From assembly GCA_965112155.1 (NCBI GenBank), contig OZ218102.1: a DNA stretch of 64,000 bases; one strand, given 5' to 3'. The notes under the pieces were generated by a model, which saw only the letters and a program-made list of their open reading frames with translations, was not told the DNA's origin and made no database searches. The DNA is from Podarcis liolepis (taxonomy: Eukaryota). This document shows, one piece after another, positions 1 through 13,139 of the stretch. Position numbers and translations under genes: made by a program. Numbering within the stretch: the stretch's first letter is position 1; the number at the start of each line of letters is the position of its first letter.

Positions 1-255
1 GTTGCCTCCGCAGCAGCCGCTGCCTTGCAAAGGGAGCGCAGGATGTTTCCGAGGCTCGAAACCATAAATGATGTCAGCTGCCCGGGGAAGAATGGCCGAG
101 CCCTGGCCGCTTTCTCTAAAATTAGTCCTTGGCCTGCAGTTCACCCCACCGACAGGGGTTGGATATTTACGTTCAAGGGACCTGAGAGGAGGAATCCGCA
201 GCAGCAGCGAGAAGACGGAGTAAATTCTCCAGCTGATGGCGCGGGGCGAATCGTA

Positions 256-272
256 GGTTCAAACACAGGTCA
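256..272 (+). promoter_or_regulatory. DR5 retinoic acid response element GGTTCA-aacac-AGGTCA
   Basis: Perfect RGKTCA-N5-RGKTCA in CpG-rich DNA upstream of the expected CYP26A1. Confidence 0.75.
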
Positions 273-1455
273 GCGAGGGAAAGGGAGGTTGTTGGGGCGA
301 AAGATAAACACACAGAGTCGCCTCTGAGGGGGGGGGGGGCAGCCGGATCTGCGAGGGCGGGCGGAGAAGGTGTGAACTCGGATTCTCTCCAGACCTGCGT
401 GGCGGGGAAGGGCGAATCAGGCTTCACTCCGCAGCCATCTTGACCCCGAATCTGCAGAAATGTCAAGTCGGTTTCTCTGGGGCCGGCCAGAGAAGTTGGA
501 ACGGAAGGAAGCGAGGGGTGGACAAGAGGCGGCCACACGTGTGCACCGGGCGCAAGGCTGCGCCCCGTTCCGGTTCCCAAAGTCCCGCTGGGTGCTACGG
601 GTTTTGAGCGCACTTGCCTTGCGCTACTTTCTCCTGGAAGGGAAATAAACCCCATTCCCCACTGCTGCCCTATAAGAAAAAAAAGCCTCGGGCAGAGAAA
701 AGTGCAGGTGCAGGAGCCGCGCAGAGTGGCTGGGGAACCACTCTGGTGGGCGCATCAAAATAATAATTATAATTGTTATTGTTATTATGTACCCCGAACC
801 CGCCGTACTCCAGGCACCTCTGAACCCCAAAGGCCGTTTTATAGACCCCGAAGGAAGTCTCCCTGGACTCCACAATCCTCACGGCCTACTGACCTGGGGG
901 AGTAAAGCCTCGTTTAACTGACCGCCCTATAAATCTGCCGAGAATGGCGTGGGGTGGGGCTTCGCCTGGCCTTTAGGATCACCCCCTGCCTACTCCGGTT
1001 TAAAGAACTACGATTTAAAGGCCCAACTCAAAACCTTTGCGCCCTAGCCTTGGGTTCAACTTGGTAGCATCCGCAGCCTGATCCCTGGAAAGAGGCCAGC
1101 CGAGGGCGACAGACACCTGTTTGCACAAACCAGCCAGCTGACAGTCCAATTGTCTACTCGGAAGTAAGACCCGTGGGCTCCAATGGGGGCAGTGACATCG
1201 CTGAGGGGCAAAAAATAAAGCTCTCTCGCTGCTTGCCCAAGGCTCCGACGTCGACTCCCCGCCCCCATTTTACTTGCCCACTGAGACATACCCCGGATAT
1301 TTGCGTTGTTACCCCTGTAAGACTATGCGTCAAAGGTGACCTGCGGACATCTTCCCTTCATTGGTTTCCCCAGCTAATCGTGCTTGGGAGCAAACTGGCG
1401 GCGAGGGAGTGGGGGTGTTCCTCGCTTAGCAAATAATAATAATAATAATAATAAA

Positions 1456-1697
1456 GCTCCAATACTTTGGCCAACTCATGAGAAGAGAAGACTCCCTGGA
1501 AAAGACCCTGATGTTGGGAAAGATGGAGGGCACAAGGAGAAGGGGACGACAGAGGACCAGATGGTTGGACAGTGTTCTGGAAACTACAAACATGAGTTTG
1601 ACCAAACTGCGGGAGGCAGTGGAAGACAGGAGTGCCTGGCGTGCTCTGGTCCAAGGGGTCACGAAGAGTCGGACACGACTAAACGACTAAACAACAA
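1456..1697 (+). mobile_element. Bov-B (RTE clade LINE) 3' fragment
   Basis: Encodes the RTE C-terminus EKTLMLGKMEGTRRRGRQRTRWLD...VTKSRTRLN and ends in a CTAAACAACAA tail. Confidence 0.9.
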
Positions 1698-3500
1698 AAA
1701 GTTTTAGTGGGGTTACTAGACCAGAAGATGCCGCTTCTCTGGGGACCCTCTGGACGCCCCCGCTGCCGCCTTCCTTTGCCTCTCCAAGAGGTTTCCCAAG
1801 CCAGGCCGAAAATTTCCCTTTCGTGCCAGAGGGCGCTGGGTGCTCGCCAAGCGCTGCAGACACGCATAGCACTTGCATAGCCCGGGAGCGAAAGCAGAAG
1901 GGTCAGGGAGGTGGTCCCGCTGCTCACAGAGTCGCCACCCGGGATCGGCCTGCGGCTATTCTAGGGGAAATGCGGCCTAGGTGCCGCATTTTTTCTCCCA
2001 AGGAGAGGGCGGTGGGATTCGTGTAGGACTCGAGTAAATGCATTAGTGCACTCCGTTCCACTGCAAGGCGAGGGAATTCAAGAAGCGCCTTGAGCAGCCA
2101 GCGCTTGCTTGCTGTCTTTTTCGCAGCTGATCATAGATTTATGTCGTGCATTCTGATTATGCGGCTGGTTTACGGGGAGATCCCTTTGAGCTGAAGGGGC
2201 AAGGGCATAGCTGTCAAATTTTCCCTTTTCTTGCGAGGAATCCTATTCGGAATAAGGGAATTTCCCTTAAAAAAAGAGAAACGTTGACAGCTATGGGCAA
2301 GGGTGAACCTAGAAAAATGCAGGGGTTTGTTGGGGACGGTCGGAAGGCGCAGGGCAGTGGAAGTGTCTAACTGGTATTCTTTCAATTCCTCCTGGAGTTA
2401 AGAATGGAGAGAGAGAGAAATCAAACCACTACGGGAGGAAGTGTTACACTTTGAGAATCGGGATGCACCCTTGGAGCAAGTCGCTCTGGAGTAAATTCGT
2501 GGACAGCAATAACTCTGCTCTGCAGGGAATGGCTAAGTGTGCATATTTCTTTATCCTGGGCAGTGAGTCTGGTGGGGCGGGCAGATTGCCAGAGGGCACC
2601 TGGGAAGAAGCAGGTTCAGATGTCACTCAGCCACGAAACTGTTGTCTACCTCACAGGGTTGTGGTGAGGATGTAATATGGGCCAGGCCGGGAGAAGCGTT
2701 TTACTCCTCGTTTTGTTCTCTGCCTGAGGAGCATAAAATGGGACCGAGCCCACCGAGCCCAGGATCCTTTGCAGGAGTTGCAGCAAACCACATACACAGC
2801 GGGGCAATCGTACACGTGTCTCCTCAAAAGCTTTGTCTTCTTTTCAGGGAGCCGAAGGAAACGCAGCGCCCGAGAACTCCTGACTCGCATAAACAACGTT
2901 CACACGCACCCGAGCATTCTTGGCATGCCGTGCGAAAAGCCCCTCTCCTCGGAATGGTTTCTTTCGAGAATCGGTGCGCGTGGGGAGAATCGGGTCCTTT
3001 CTCTCTGCAAGCTGCGTGTCATCCCAGCCTGCCATTAACACTGGCCAAGTCTCTTACTCAAATGATTATACGTAATTATAATCTGGCTAGGGGTTAACAA
3101 AAGTGCGTTGTTCAGTTCGAGGGCAGCTGAAGTCGGTCCCGATCCTCCGGCTCCTCCTGGCTCCTTCCTTCCCGACCCCCCAGTCAACAAGCACTGCCGG
3201 AATGGGAGCTGATTATATTAATGATGTTGGAGGGGAAGAGGCGAGGACGGACTCCTGGCCTGTGTCGTTCTTTCCCCCACGGTTGGCTTTTGTTTTTAGT
3301 AGATTTTTTTTAAGGCTCACTGTGTTCCCTCCTCGCCCCCTCGCCTGACCTATATAAGCCCAGGGCCCTGGAGAGCTGGAGGGGGGCCTGGATCCTCCTC
3401 GTGCGTGTGCGCCTAATGGGGGCGGATGCCCGTCCGGTGGTGCGTCTGCGGCTCCGCGAACAGTGGCCTAACCCCGGGGCACTTGCGCGTTCCCATGCGC

Positions 3501-3517
3501 TGACCTGCCAGTGACCT
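3501..3517 (-). promoter_or_regulatory. DR5 RARE AGGTCA-ctggc-AGGTCA
   Basis: Plus strand TGACCTgccagTGACCT; extra half-sites TGAACC (3532) and AGTTCA (3556) nearby. Confidence 0.8.
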
Positions 3518-5493
3518 ACCGCCCGGATGAATGAACCCTGCCAGCTCCTGCGCCAAGTTCACTGTCCGCCAAATAACGAGATACGGTGGTCTGAGCACCG
3601 TTAATTAACACAGGAAACCTTTATTATCTCCGCAGCCGTCAATCCCGAGGCTGCGGGGGGGGGGGGGCGGGATTCTCCAGTGGTCAGAGAGTGAAAGGGA
3701 TCATTAAAGACATCTTGGAAGAAGGTCAAGAAATTAACAGCCTAATACGAAGGGACTGGGGCGGTGGGGGTGGCAAGCACTTGCGAAGGGGGAAGAAGCG
3801 GGGGTGGAGTGGGGTGGGGTTCGGACTTCTACCGTGGGGAAAGGTCCGGGCTTCTGTTCTCAAAAAAAACAAAAAACCTATTAACTCCTGCGCAATCTTA
3901 GGCGAGTTAAAGGCTGCCACGATCCCCGAGCTAAACCCTTTAAAGCAGCAGTAACAACATCACACGCGGTTTGTGGCACCTCTAAAGACTAACACGTTTG
4001 ACTGCGAATGAGCTTTCGGGGTCCACTTTACCAAAGCCCCCTTCAGCAGATGCATGAAGGGAAATAATCCTCAGGTCTGGTGGTGGTCCGTGGAAGCTTG
4101 TTAGAATTTGACCGTCCATTGCTTTCAGTAGGTCTACTTTGACTACCTTTGGATATAAACCCACCCTTTGTCGTTAACGTGCCAGGAGACTCTTCATGTG
4201 CTTATGAATGAACGAATTCACACACATATATATTCAATCATGTGAACTGCTCTGAGATCTTCGGAGGAAGGGCACTATATAAATTTAATAAATGATAAAT
4301 AAATCAATATTTCCGCCCCAACACACTAAGAGGGCATTTTTGAAAAAGAAAACGAAAATATTTCAAAGGAAATATATATGATCTTCTTATGTTGACCAAT
4401 CCTATGTTTGTGTTTATTCTCCGAGGTAAGTCAACCGGAATCAAGAGCGCATTAGGTTTCTGCGCTATCCGGTTTTTAAACAGCTTTCTGTTTAAAATCC
4501 CGACTCTCGGAGTTCAACGCGCGGACGTCAGAGGCTTCAGAGATTCAATTTTCATTCCAAATTTCATTTCAATCTGGCGCGTCCACCAGCTTGAAAGCCG
4601 GATCTGTCCCTCTTTCAGTCTTGCTTTTGGAAACGTACCAGCGGCTGCATTCGAGCTTCAAGTGGCCTTCGCGCCTTCGCCTGTTTCAGACTCACAGGTT
4701 TCTGCTTTTTCTTCGGGCCAGTGAATCTGAGGCTTGCAGTGTGCCCTGGAGAGCCTAACTAACTACAGTGGTGTGCAGTGCATGTCTCCTCAGAAGCAAG
4801 TCCCAGTGGGGCTGTCTACCTAGGAAGTAAGGTACAGAACTGCAACCTGTGTCCTCAATTCCGTGCGCTCTTCCCCATTCAATACAACGGGACTTACTTC
4901 CCAGCAGACGGTCGTAGGAGTGAGTGCTCTGCAATAGGAAGCGCTAAGATTCGGGGAATGAAGGAAAAGCGAGAAGAATGAATTTTGTGTCTGAAAGCCC
5001 AAGTTAAGTTCCCAGGCTTTTCCGGAGGAGGAGAGGAGAACGAAAGAAAACTGGACCAAGAACATCTAAAGATTATACCCTCTCCATGCTAGATTGAATG
5101 AAGGCAGTATCATGGTAGGAGACATTCGCTCTTTCCCTGTCCTCCACACTCCTGCCGGCAGGTTAGTCAACGCGTGGTAGAAGAACCCCTTTCACACGAT
5201 CCACACCCGCGTTTAGGACCACCGAATTGGGTGTGAACCGAAGCGGTGGGGTAGGTGTGAAACAGGTCTCCAAAACGAAATCCAACAGTCCCGGCGCTTC
5301 TTATTTCCATTGTTTTTTTTTTCCTTTTAATCAAAACCATTTGATTAAAGGAGGGAAATCTCACCATGACTTCTATCTGTAGCCTTTGGAAGGGGGGTCG
5401 TCTAGGGGAGCTGTGCTAATTAAAGTTAGTCATTGACATTTGGCTGTTGTTGTTTTTTTCTCAGTTTACCACAAAGATTCACCTTAAAAGGCA

Positions 5494-5533
5494 AGGTCAA
5501 GAGGGCAGAGGCTTCAGGTTCACTCGAGGGTCA
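5494..5533 (+). promoter_or_regulatory. Composite RARE: DR2-like AGGTCA-ag-AGGGCA (5494-5507) plus DR5 GGTTCA-ctcga-GGGTCA (5517-5533)
   Basis: Direct motif match; the DR5 is perfect, the DR2 has one mismatch. Confidence 0.72.
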
Positions 5534-5842
5534 GCCTGCCAACAGCATTTAACTCAGCATTTAAGGGCAACCTTCGCGAGGGGGGGGCGGTGGAAGAGAG
5601 AAAAAACAAAGGGGGAATTATCTTACACAGGATCTGCACCCTGAGAGTTAATTCGGAAATCTTGCTTTCCAGTTGGTGCTTCTGTACCTCCAGGTAAGTG
5701 AGTCTACTGATGGTCTCTCTGACTTATTATGGAGGTCCAAAGGTATTCTATAGACACCCAGTGCCAGTTATCTAACAACCCCGCTGTTTTCAGACAAGGG
5801 TTTTTCACAAGAAAAGGAGGATGAAGCAGAACAGAAATCTGT

Positions 5843-5893
5843 AAATAATAATAATAACAACAACAACAACAATAATAATAATAATAATAATAA
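5843..5893. repeat. Compound (AAT)n(AAC)n(AAT)n microsatellite
   Basis: Direct reading. Confidence 0.9.
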
Positions 5894-6565
5894 TTTTTAG
5901 ACAAATAAGCCCTTTCTTCCGCAAAGGAGATACTTGGAGGACAGGTAAAGCACCTCTTTCTGAAAAATAGGAATTTCTGGTGGCGGCTAATAAGTCACAT
6001 TAGAGTGAAAAGTCAATGGTGGGTATTTTTATCCCCTCTTCTGATCCCAGTTTATGATGGAAGAATAGTAGGGCTGTAATGTTTACTTGAGTTATTGTTT
6101 AATCTAATTTATTTAATTCATAATTTTTTAAACTAATTGATTGTAGGAAAAAGCCTCAAAGCAGTTTACAAGAAAGATAAAACAAAAAAAAATCACTAAA
6201 AGAATTTGCAAACATAATTTAAAACATACAGAAAGTTAAAACTGAATAGACCGAAACAAGTTAAAACTCATACAAACTTTCTAAAGCTTCTCAACTTTCT
6301 ACATTTGAAATTTAGCTTAGTCTACTGAAACGGTGGCTGGTTACTCAGACAGAATTTTTTTTTTTTAAAAAAAGAAGAGTTAATATTTATTTGTTTATTT
6401 CATAAAATTTATATACCACTTGCTTTTAGGGGGGGGAAACCGCCCTCAAAGCGGTGATATACAACTATATAAATAAAACCTACAGCTTGGGAGAACTGTT
6501 CCCTATTCTTTCTCATGTAGAAAACAGGTCTTGTAAGGGGGTGCCTTGGTCACATGTTTGTATGC

Positions 6566-6617
6566 TTTGTTTGTTTGTTTGTTTGTTTGTTTGTTTGTTT
6601 GTTTGTTTGTTTGTTTT
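6566..6617. repeat. (TTTG)n microsatellite
   Basis: ~12 units. Confidence 0.95.
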
Positions 6618-7454
6618 GGACTACTTAGCTGAAAGCAAACTTATAAAAATGCAGTTGATTGAACAATGACTTAATCAACTAGAACTCATAGAATTAATCA
6701 ACTGCAATGTTTTACTCCTGGGACAACCCCAATGAATACTAATAAAAAGTCACACTAAGAATGACAGTATAAATTCTGCTGATAGCAGTGAGACTTGATT
6801 CCCAATAAATCTGTTTCAAGCCATGGTGTCAGGCACATGAAGACTCCCTTAATCAGACACTTTAACTAGATATGAATGAAGTTTATTTAGGCCAGGGTTA
6901 AAGTCCAGTGAACCCAACAGGCATCTTCCTTTCAGAATGTAAATGAAATCAGGGCTGGTATTTTGACTCCAGAGGCCCCTGATAGGAAGCAGGATTAACG
7001 AATGCAGGACTACCAAATATTCTGCAGGTGCGGGTTTCTGAAACATTAAAGATTATACAGGTAATGCTCCATCTGCTGAATTTCTGTTCTGAGTGTCTTT
7101 ACAGTGTAAGTAAAAACAGCGGCAATCATAGCAGGAAGCAGAAGAAGATAACCTCATTTAAGAGATGACATTTTAAAGAAAACTGTATGTTTAAATGCTT
7201 GTTTCATTTCATGATTGATTAACTGGTGATAAGAACAAAGCAGAGGATACTTTCACTTCTGCTAACTCCATTTTAAGACAGCCATTTACTGGCAATAACA
7301 CTGGAATATTATGGTACAACTACACACTATCAATTCATCACAGGCAGTATCCAAGATAATACTTTAGGCAAATTTTACCTAAGACAGGGGTTGCAGCAAT
7401 AGTGCTTCTGTTTAAACATAATAACTGCTAACAAGACCTCACCATAATGAGAAC

Positions 7455-7942
7455 CGACTGTACTGGCTACCAATTAGTTTCTGGGCCCTATTCAAAGTGC
7501 TGGTTTTGACCCATAAAGCCTAAAACTGCTCAGGACTGCAATACCTCAAGGACCGCCTCTTTCCATACGAACCTAACCAGACCCTGAGATCATCTTCTAA
7601 GGCCCTCCTTCATGTGCCTCCTCCTTGAGAGGTCTGGAGGGTGGCAACACGAGAACGGGCCTTCTCTGCAGTGGCTCCCCATCTGTGGAATGCTCTCCCC
7701 AGGGAAGTTCACCTGGCGTCTTCATTATACACCTTTAGGCGCCAGGCAAAAACATTCCTTTTTAACCAGCCTTTGGTTGACCTGACTGACATTCTATTCC
7801 CCTTTAAAATGTGACTCTTTTTGCTGGGAGGTGTTATTGGGTTGTTGTTCTTATTTTGATTTTATATATTGTGATCTTGTTATGTGAACTGCCCTGAGAC
7901 CTCCGGGTATAGGGCGGTATATAAATTCGATAGATAAATAAA
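7455..7942 (+). mobile_element. L2-clade LINE 3' end
   Basis: Degenerate WLPISF..FKVLVLT.KA..YLKDRL coding remnant followed by the tail gggcggtatataaat..ataaataaa. Confidence 0.75.
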
Positions 7943-9315
7943 CCTAGTATTTGGGGCCCACAAAACAGAAGCATGAATATATTGCCTTAAAAACTGGCTC
8001 TGGGCAGAATAATGGATCCATTTGCAGTTTTAAAAATTGCACAGAGGAAAGTGCCATGTCCGCCTGATGACATGGTGAATTGAAGAGTGTTGGAAGCTGG
8101 CTAGGTAGCAATTTTTATAAATCTGCAGGGAGGAGGTAGAAATGAAACTTTTTACAGACTCAAAGTTCAGCCTTTTTCAAAATTTAAGGTTTACTTTTTG
8201 GCTTTGACATTTGACTTTGCTTATTAATTTTAAAGCAATACTTTCCAGTATCAATTTGCCAATTTTGTTTTTCTCCTTAACTCCTCCTCCTAAACCTAAC
8301 AGTATTCACACCTGTCTCTGTGAGTGGATTCAAATTATCAGAAAACAAATTCCTAACATTTTGTAAAACACAACTGAGTTAGGACGATGTTTTCCCCAAA
8401 TTTGTTTCAGCTGCAAGAGAAGGAATAATAACTAAAACCAGGAGTTAATTTCAGACATAGTGATCATCTCAAGCATCCTTCCCCAACCTGAGACTGGACT
8501 GGACTGGAGCTAATAGAAGTTGTAGTCCAAAATATCTCAAGAGCACCAGGTTGTGTAAAGCTGGTATTCAGTAAAAATTGGCAGGAGTGGGAACGATGGG
8601 ATGATTCATCTCTCCATCCTCTGAAGCAAAGAGGTGTAAAATTGATCACAAAGAAAGTTTGTTTTGACTCCTCTTGTTATTAATCTTACTGCTTAAAAAA
8701 AACCCTCTCCTGTACAAACCACAGAGCAATTAGAAACAATCAACCAGTTATTATACAGTCACAGACCCCTTTAAAGTGATTAGAAATAACTGAACTCAAA
8801 GATGCATTCTGTTGTAGTTTGTTTTAAATGCCACCAGGTGGAGAAAATGGCTATATTTTAACTTTGACAACTGCTTCTTACCTGGAAATAACTCTCTGTT
8901 GTGTGCATATAACTAGTAGGGTGAACTAATTACCAGTAATGTCTGTACTAACTTGTTTTGTTATATATGAGTAACTTGTGGTATATAGTTGGCATTCGTC
9001 TGTCTCAAGAGAGAATGGAGCACATGGATATGGAGGTTCTGGGCTGCCAATATGGCAAGACCCCCCTCTCAGCCTCACTGATGTGGTCCAAAGGAAAGCA
9101 GAGCAAAATGTTTGGCAGCACCTTGGCTGCAGGAGTTGCCGGAAGGAGGCTTACAAGGTGCCATCCAACCAAACAAAAATCTGGAACAGATGCTTTCATG
9201 CACAAAAGAACAAGAGTATCAGTAGCCATTACTTAGAACTGAAATGACTTTAAAATGGGCATCCATACGTCCATTGGTGTCCAAGCTGTGCATTAAACAA
9301 AATTATACCCCAGTA

Positions 9316-9554
9316 CAGTGGTACCTTGGGTTACATACGCTTCAGGTTACATACGCTTCAGGTTACACACTCCACTAACCCAGAAATAGTGCTTCAGGTT
9401 AAGAACTTTGATTCAGGATGACAGAAATTGTGCAGCGGCGGCGCGGCAGCAGTAGGAGGCCCCATTAGCTAAAGTGGTGCTTCAGGTTAAGAACAGTTTC
9501 AGGTTAAGAACGGACCTCCAGAACAAATTAAGTACTTAACCCGAGATACCACTG
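9316..9554. mobile_element. Tc1/mariner (Tigger-like) MITE
   Basis: TIRs CAGTGGTACC.../...ATACCACTG flanked by TA on both sides. Confidence 0.85.
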
Positions 9555-10886
9555 TACCCATGGCTTTTGCAGGGAGGACTGTGGCCTACTGTACAAAGTT
9601 AAAGGTCATGTCTGCTGTTCTGTCTACATTTGCCTCACCCAGCACTGGCATGTGGTCCCCAGAATATTCGCCATGAAGGAGTGTGGCCCTCAGGTTGCGA
9701 GATGCCCCACTCCTGGCTTACTTCCAGGTCCCACTGAGTTCAATGGGACTTATTCCCACGTAAGGGTGTCTAAGATTGCAAACTGAGGGCTTCTTCCATA
9801 GGACACTAATAGGCATGCTGTTCTGTATTTTGAAGGTTGTAATGCTGAGCTATCAAGATCTCTGATATACTCGGTAGATGGTCTCTTCGTAAGGAGGAAA
9901 GCCTCCAGCTTAGTCCTACAACTTTAATTTGGTGAGCTCCACTTTGGGGCAATCCAAACTTTAGCTTTGCTGCCAACAACAGAGAAAGTGTAGGTGGATG
10001 GGCTAGGATGTTCAGATCTCAATACAGAAAAGAAAAAAAGGTTAGATTGAGTGTGGGCGGGACTTGGTGCCCCTGATGCAACCTAACAGGTTCAATATTT
10101 TAAAAGCTGCATTTCCTCATATTTCACATAAGGGAGAATGTGCCCTTCTGCTGTTAACACAGACTGTCCTGTGAACACCTGAACTAATTTCAATAGTTGT
10201 CAGAATAATTTAAAATGTTGTTTTCTGTTGAGAATAAATCACACCAATGGTCTTTAGAAGACCAAATTTTTCAGCCTTAGTCATTGCTGCAATGATAGAT
10301 GGGCAATCCAGCCCCAACTAACCTGTGCATAAGACCCATTTAATTCAATAGGACTTACTTCTGAGAACACATGGTTAGGATTGCAGTGATAATTGCTATG
10401 CTAGAAGCCGATCAGCCATATCTTCCTTCTCATAGTGCTTTTGATTCAAACTAAAATCCTCTTGCTTTGTCAGTATACAACAAGAATCATTTTTTGTGAA
10501 TGTCAGCCACTGTTAACAGAGATTATTTCTCAGGTCTTCCCTGGGAAGGGAATACATCTGGTTGACAGCTCTGGGAACAGGAAGCTGGACTAGATGAACC
10601 ATTGGCCTGTTTTGGTGGGCTCTTCTTGTGTTCTTGTGTTTCCTAAGGCATGGTTTTGGCAGGGTTAATGGGTGTTCTGGCTCAAAAACCAGGTGAAGTT
10701 CTTATCGGAATGCTCCAAGTCCAGCTCTCAACTACTCGGTGTGTCATGACAAACATTTTTAATAAACAAAACTGGACAGGACATCTTTCTGACACTGTTC
10801 ATTCCTGAAAGATCTTGTCCCTGGTGAAAACTTGTACAGAATTTCACCTGGGGGCTATGTTCTCTACAGCAAAGTTACCTCAAACG

Positions 10887-10892
10887 TTTATT
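10887..10892 (-). terminator. Candidate CYP26C1 polyadenylation signal AATAAA (3' UTR ~2.2 kb)
   Basis: First canonical AATAAA I found on the minus strand downstream of the stop codon. Confidence 0.45.
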
Positions 10893-13139
10893 GCTAGTCT
10901 GTAGCAGCATGGTGGTCACCACAGTACAATGTTGAACCTACAACACCACTATACAACATCTGATGCATCTAGGCTACTTGAGGTGTATACATCCTAAGGG
11001 AAGACAGAATTACAAGGACACCTTTGAAGTGTTGCTTATAAGGAAGGCCTTGTTCTCAAGGAGGTGGCAAACATGTGCCTGGAATGCACTACTTCAGACT
11101 GCTGGCAGGGGGAGCCCACATGATGAAAAGTTCCTTAATTCAAAAAAAGTCCTGTGCACAGAACATTGACATGTCAAAAACAAGCGTTCTAGGCTAGCTT
11201 TCTATCAGGCATGCCAGTTTTTTGCTTTGCTTTGTTTTTGTACGGAATAGCATTTAATCAAGTAGCCCCCACCTGAAATGTGAAGTGTGTACAGGTGTAC
11301 AGCAAGAACTAAGCCCCTAACAAGACAGTATTTCTTGCTGTCTACAAGTAATAGGAATGCCCATTGCAGCCCTGCACATCACGGATTCATATCGCCTGCA
11401 TGTTTCCTTTTTTTAAAAAAAAATCTTCTTTCTGAGTTTCTAATTCACAGCCAGCAGCCTGGTTTTCTTCTTCTCAAATCATCCTAAATGCCACAATCCA
11501 TGGGCCTCTAGAGATGGCAATTCCTAGCAGTAGCTTTAAGCAGATCTCCATCGGAAACGGAAGATGCTATTGCAATATTGTAAGCTACCAAGACATCTTG
11601 TCCAACCCATGTCACTAAAGCAGCATCCTACACACTTGGACATTTGCATGGGAGCTGTCCACAGGTTGAAATTAACCACATATACCGCTTCTACAATTCC
11701 ACTATCCACTCCTCCTTGGCTCACACCAACAGCATAACCCACTCACATTTTCCCCCCATTTCTATGAAGTGCTTTCATAATCAGCTGGAGAGGAGCACTA
11801 AAAGCACTCTTGAGCCAAAAGATTGGACACCTCTCAGGAATAAGATATTTTATATAATACGCAGCATTAGCCTATAATGAACAGGGGTACAGAATTAAAG
11901 GTATGTACTCATAAGCCACAATCTACAAACCAGTTGCTTTGTGAGTTGGAACTAATTTAAACCCAACTACTGCTATTTTATCTGGGGGGTTTTGGGGGGG
12001 CAGAGTGCCATCATTGTGGGAACTGTACCCTGTTGGCAGTTTGGTATAAGCTTCTAGAGAGCATCTTGAGCAGACCAATGACCAAGTGAAGCTTGATTAA
12101 GTGCATGATCATTGCCTAATGACTTGAATTTACCAAGGAGCCATCACAGGTAAGAATGCCATAAATAGGATCTATATATCACCTCAATGTTTTCAATGGA
12201 GTTGGCTCATACATTCAGCTATGAAGTATGAAGAAATAAGAAATCGAAAAACATGTATGCATGATGCAAACCATACCTAAGAAATCCTCCCCATATTTCT
12301 CCTAACAGCCTAGCATCCCAAATCCATAACTAGTCTGCATTTTTAAATGGTGTGAAATTAAGACCAGCCCATAGCAATGCAGTCTGGCAGATAAATCAGG
12401 CTGCAAACCCAGGCACACTTAACCTGGGAGTCAGTGCCATTGAACTCCACCTGAGTAGACCTGTATATGTATCCACATACCATCTTCTCCTTCACCTGCC
12501 CTCTGATAGGCACAACCACCACCACTCATGTGACAGTTCCCATGCCTGCCTTGCAATATACTTACAGCAGATCTATTTGGCAGGCAAGTGGTTGATTGAC
12601 TTTCCTTCCCATCAGAAACAGACCCACCACTACATTGTGATAACAGAGGAGCTGTTATCCTAAGCTGCAAGGAGCTCTGAAGAATCTTTTCCAGGAACAG
12701 GTTAGGTCTACTATCAATGCAGAACACTCTCAGGTAACAAACCCTCTACTTGACCTACACAAGACCTACTTGACCTACACATCATTTGCTTCTCCTTATA
12801 GAAAACTGACAACAATGTTTCCTAGGATTCCTTCTGAGACATCTAACTTTGGACCGTGATTTCTCTAACCAGATCCCAAAGTGGCATCACACAAACACAC
12901 ACAAAACAAAAAGTGCAACTAAGAAAGATGCATGTCTCTGAATGGATGCTAATAGGAAACTCACAGCCCATTAAGGACTATAGGCAGGGACTTCATCCTT
13001 TCACCTCCCACAACCAACAGACAGGGAATGGGCTTGCACCAGCTGAAAAAAACCTACACTGGGAGAGGACGGATGTTTTGTCCTGGAAACATGTTCTGCC
13101 ACAATCCTCAGCTGGAATTGCATGTGAGGTTTATGGTTC

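Larger units (their letters stand above)
1..5640. promoter_or_regulatory. CpG-rich upstream regulatory region, presumably of CYP26A1 (gene itself outside window to the left)
   Basis: High CpG density that drops after ~5.6 kb; RARE cluster; synteny EXOC6-CYP26C1-CYP26A1. No CYP26A1 exon seen in the window. Confidence 0.65.

Noticed and set aside
173-655. 160-aa minus-strand ORF starting MGF..., where CYP26A1 exon 1 might be expected
   Set aside because: No hydrophobic anchor or LPPGxMGxPFFGET motif; a GC-rich chance ORF.
1384-1707. Overlapping ORFs of 70-116 aa here and at 55795-56244
   Set aside because: Reading frames of truncated Bov-B LINE fragments, not genes.
4420-5700. Perfect plus-strand donors (GAG|GTAAGT at 4426, CAG|GTAAGT at 5694) suggesting a spliced antisense lncRNA
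   Set aside because: Contexts resemble decayed copies of the palindromic MITE that carries this motif; no independent support.
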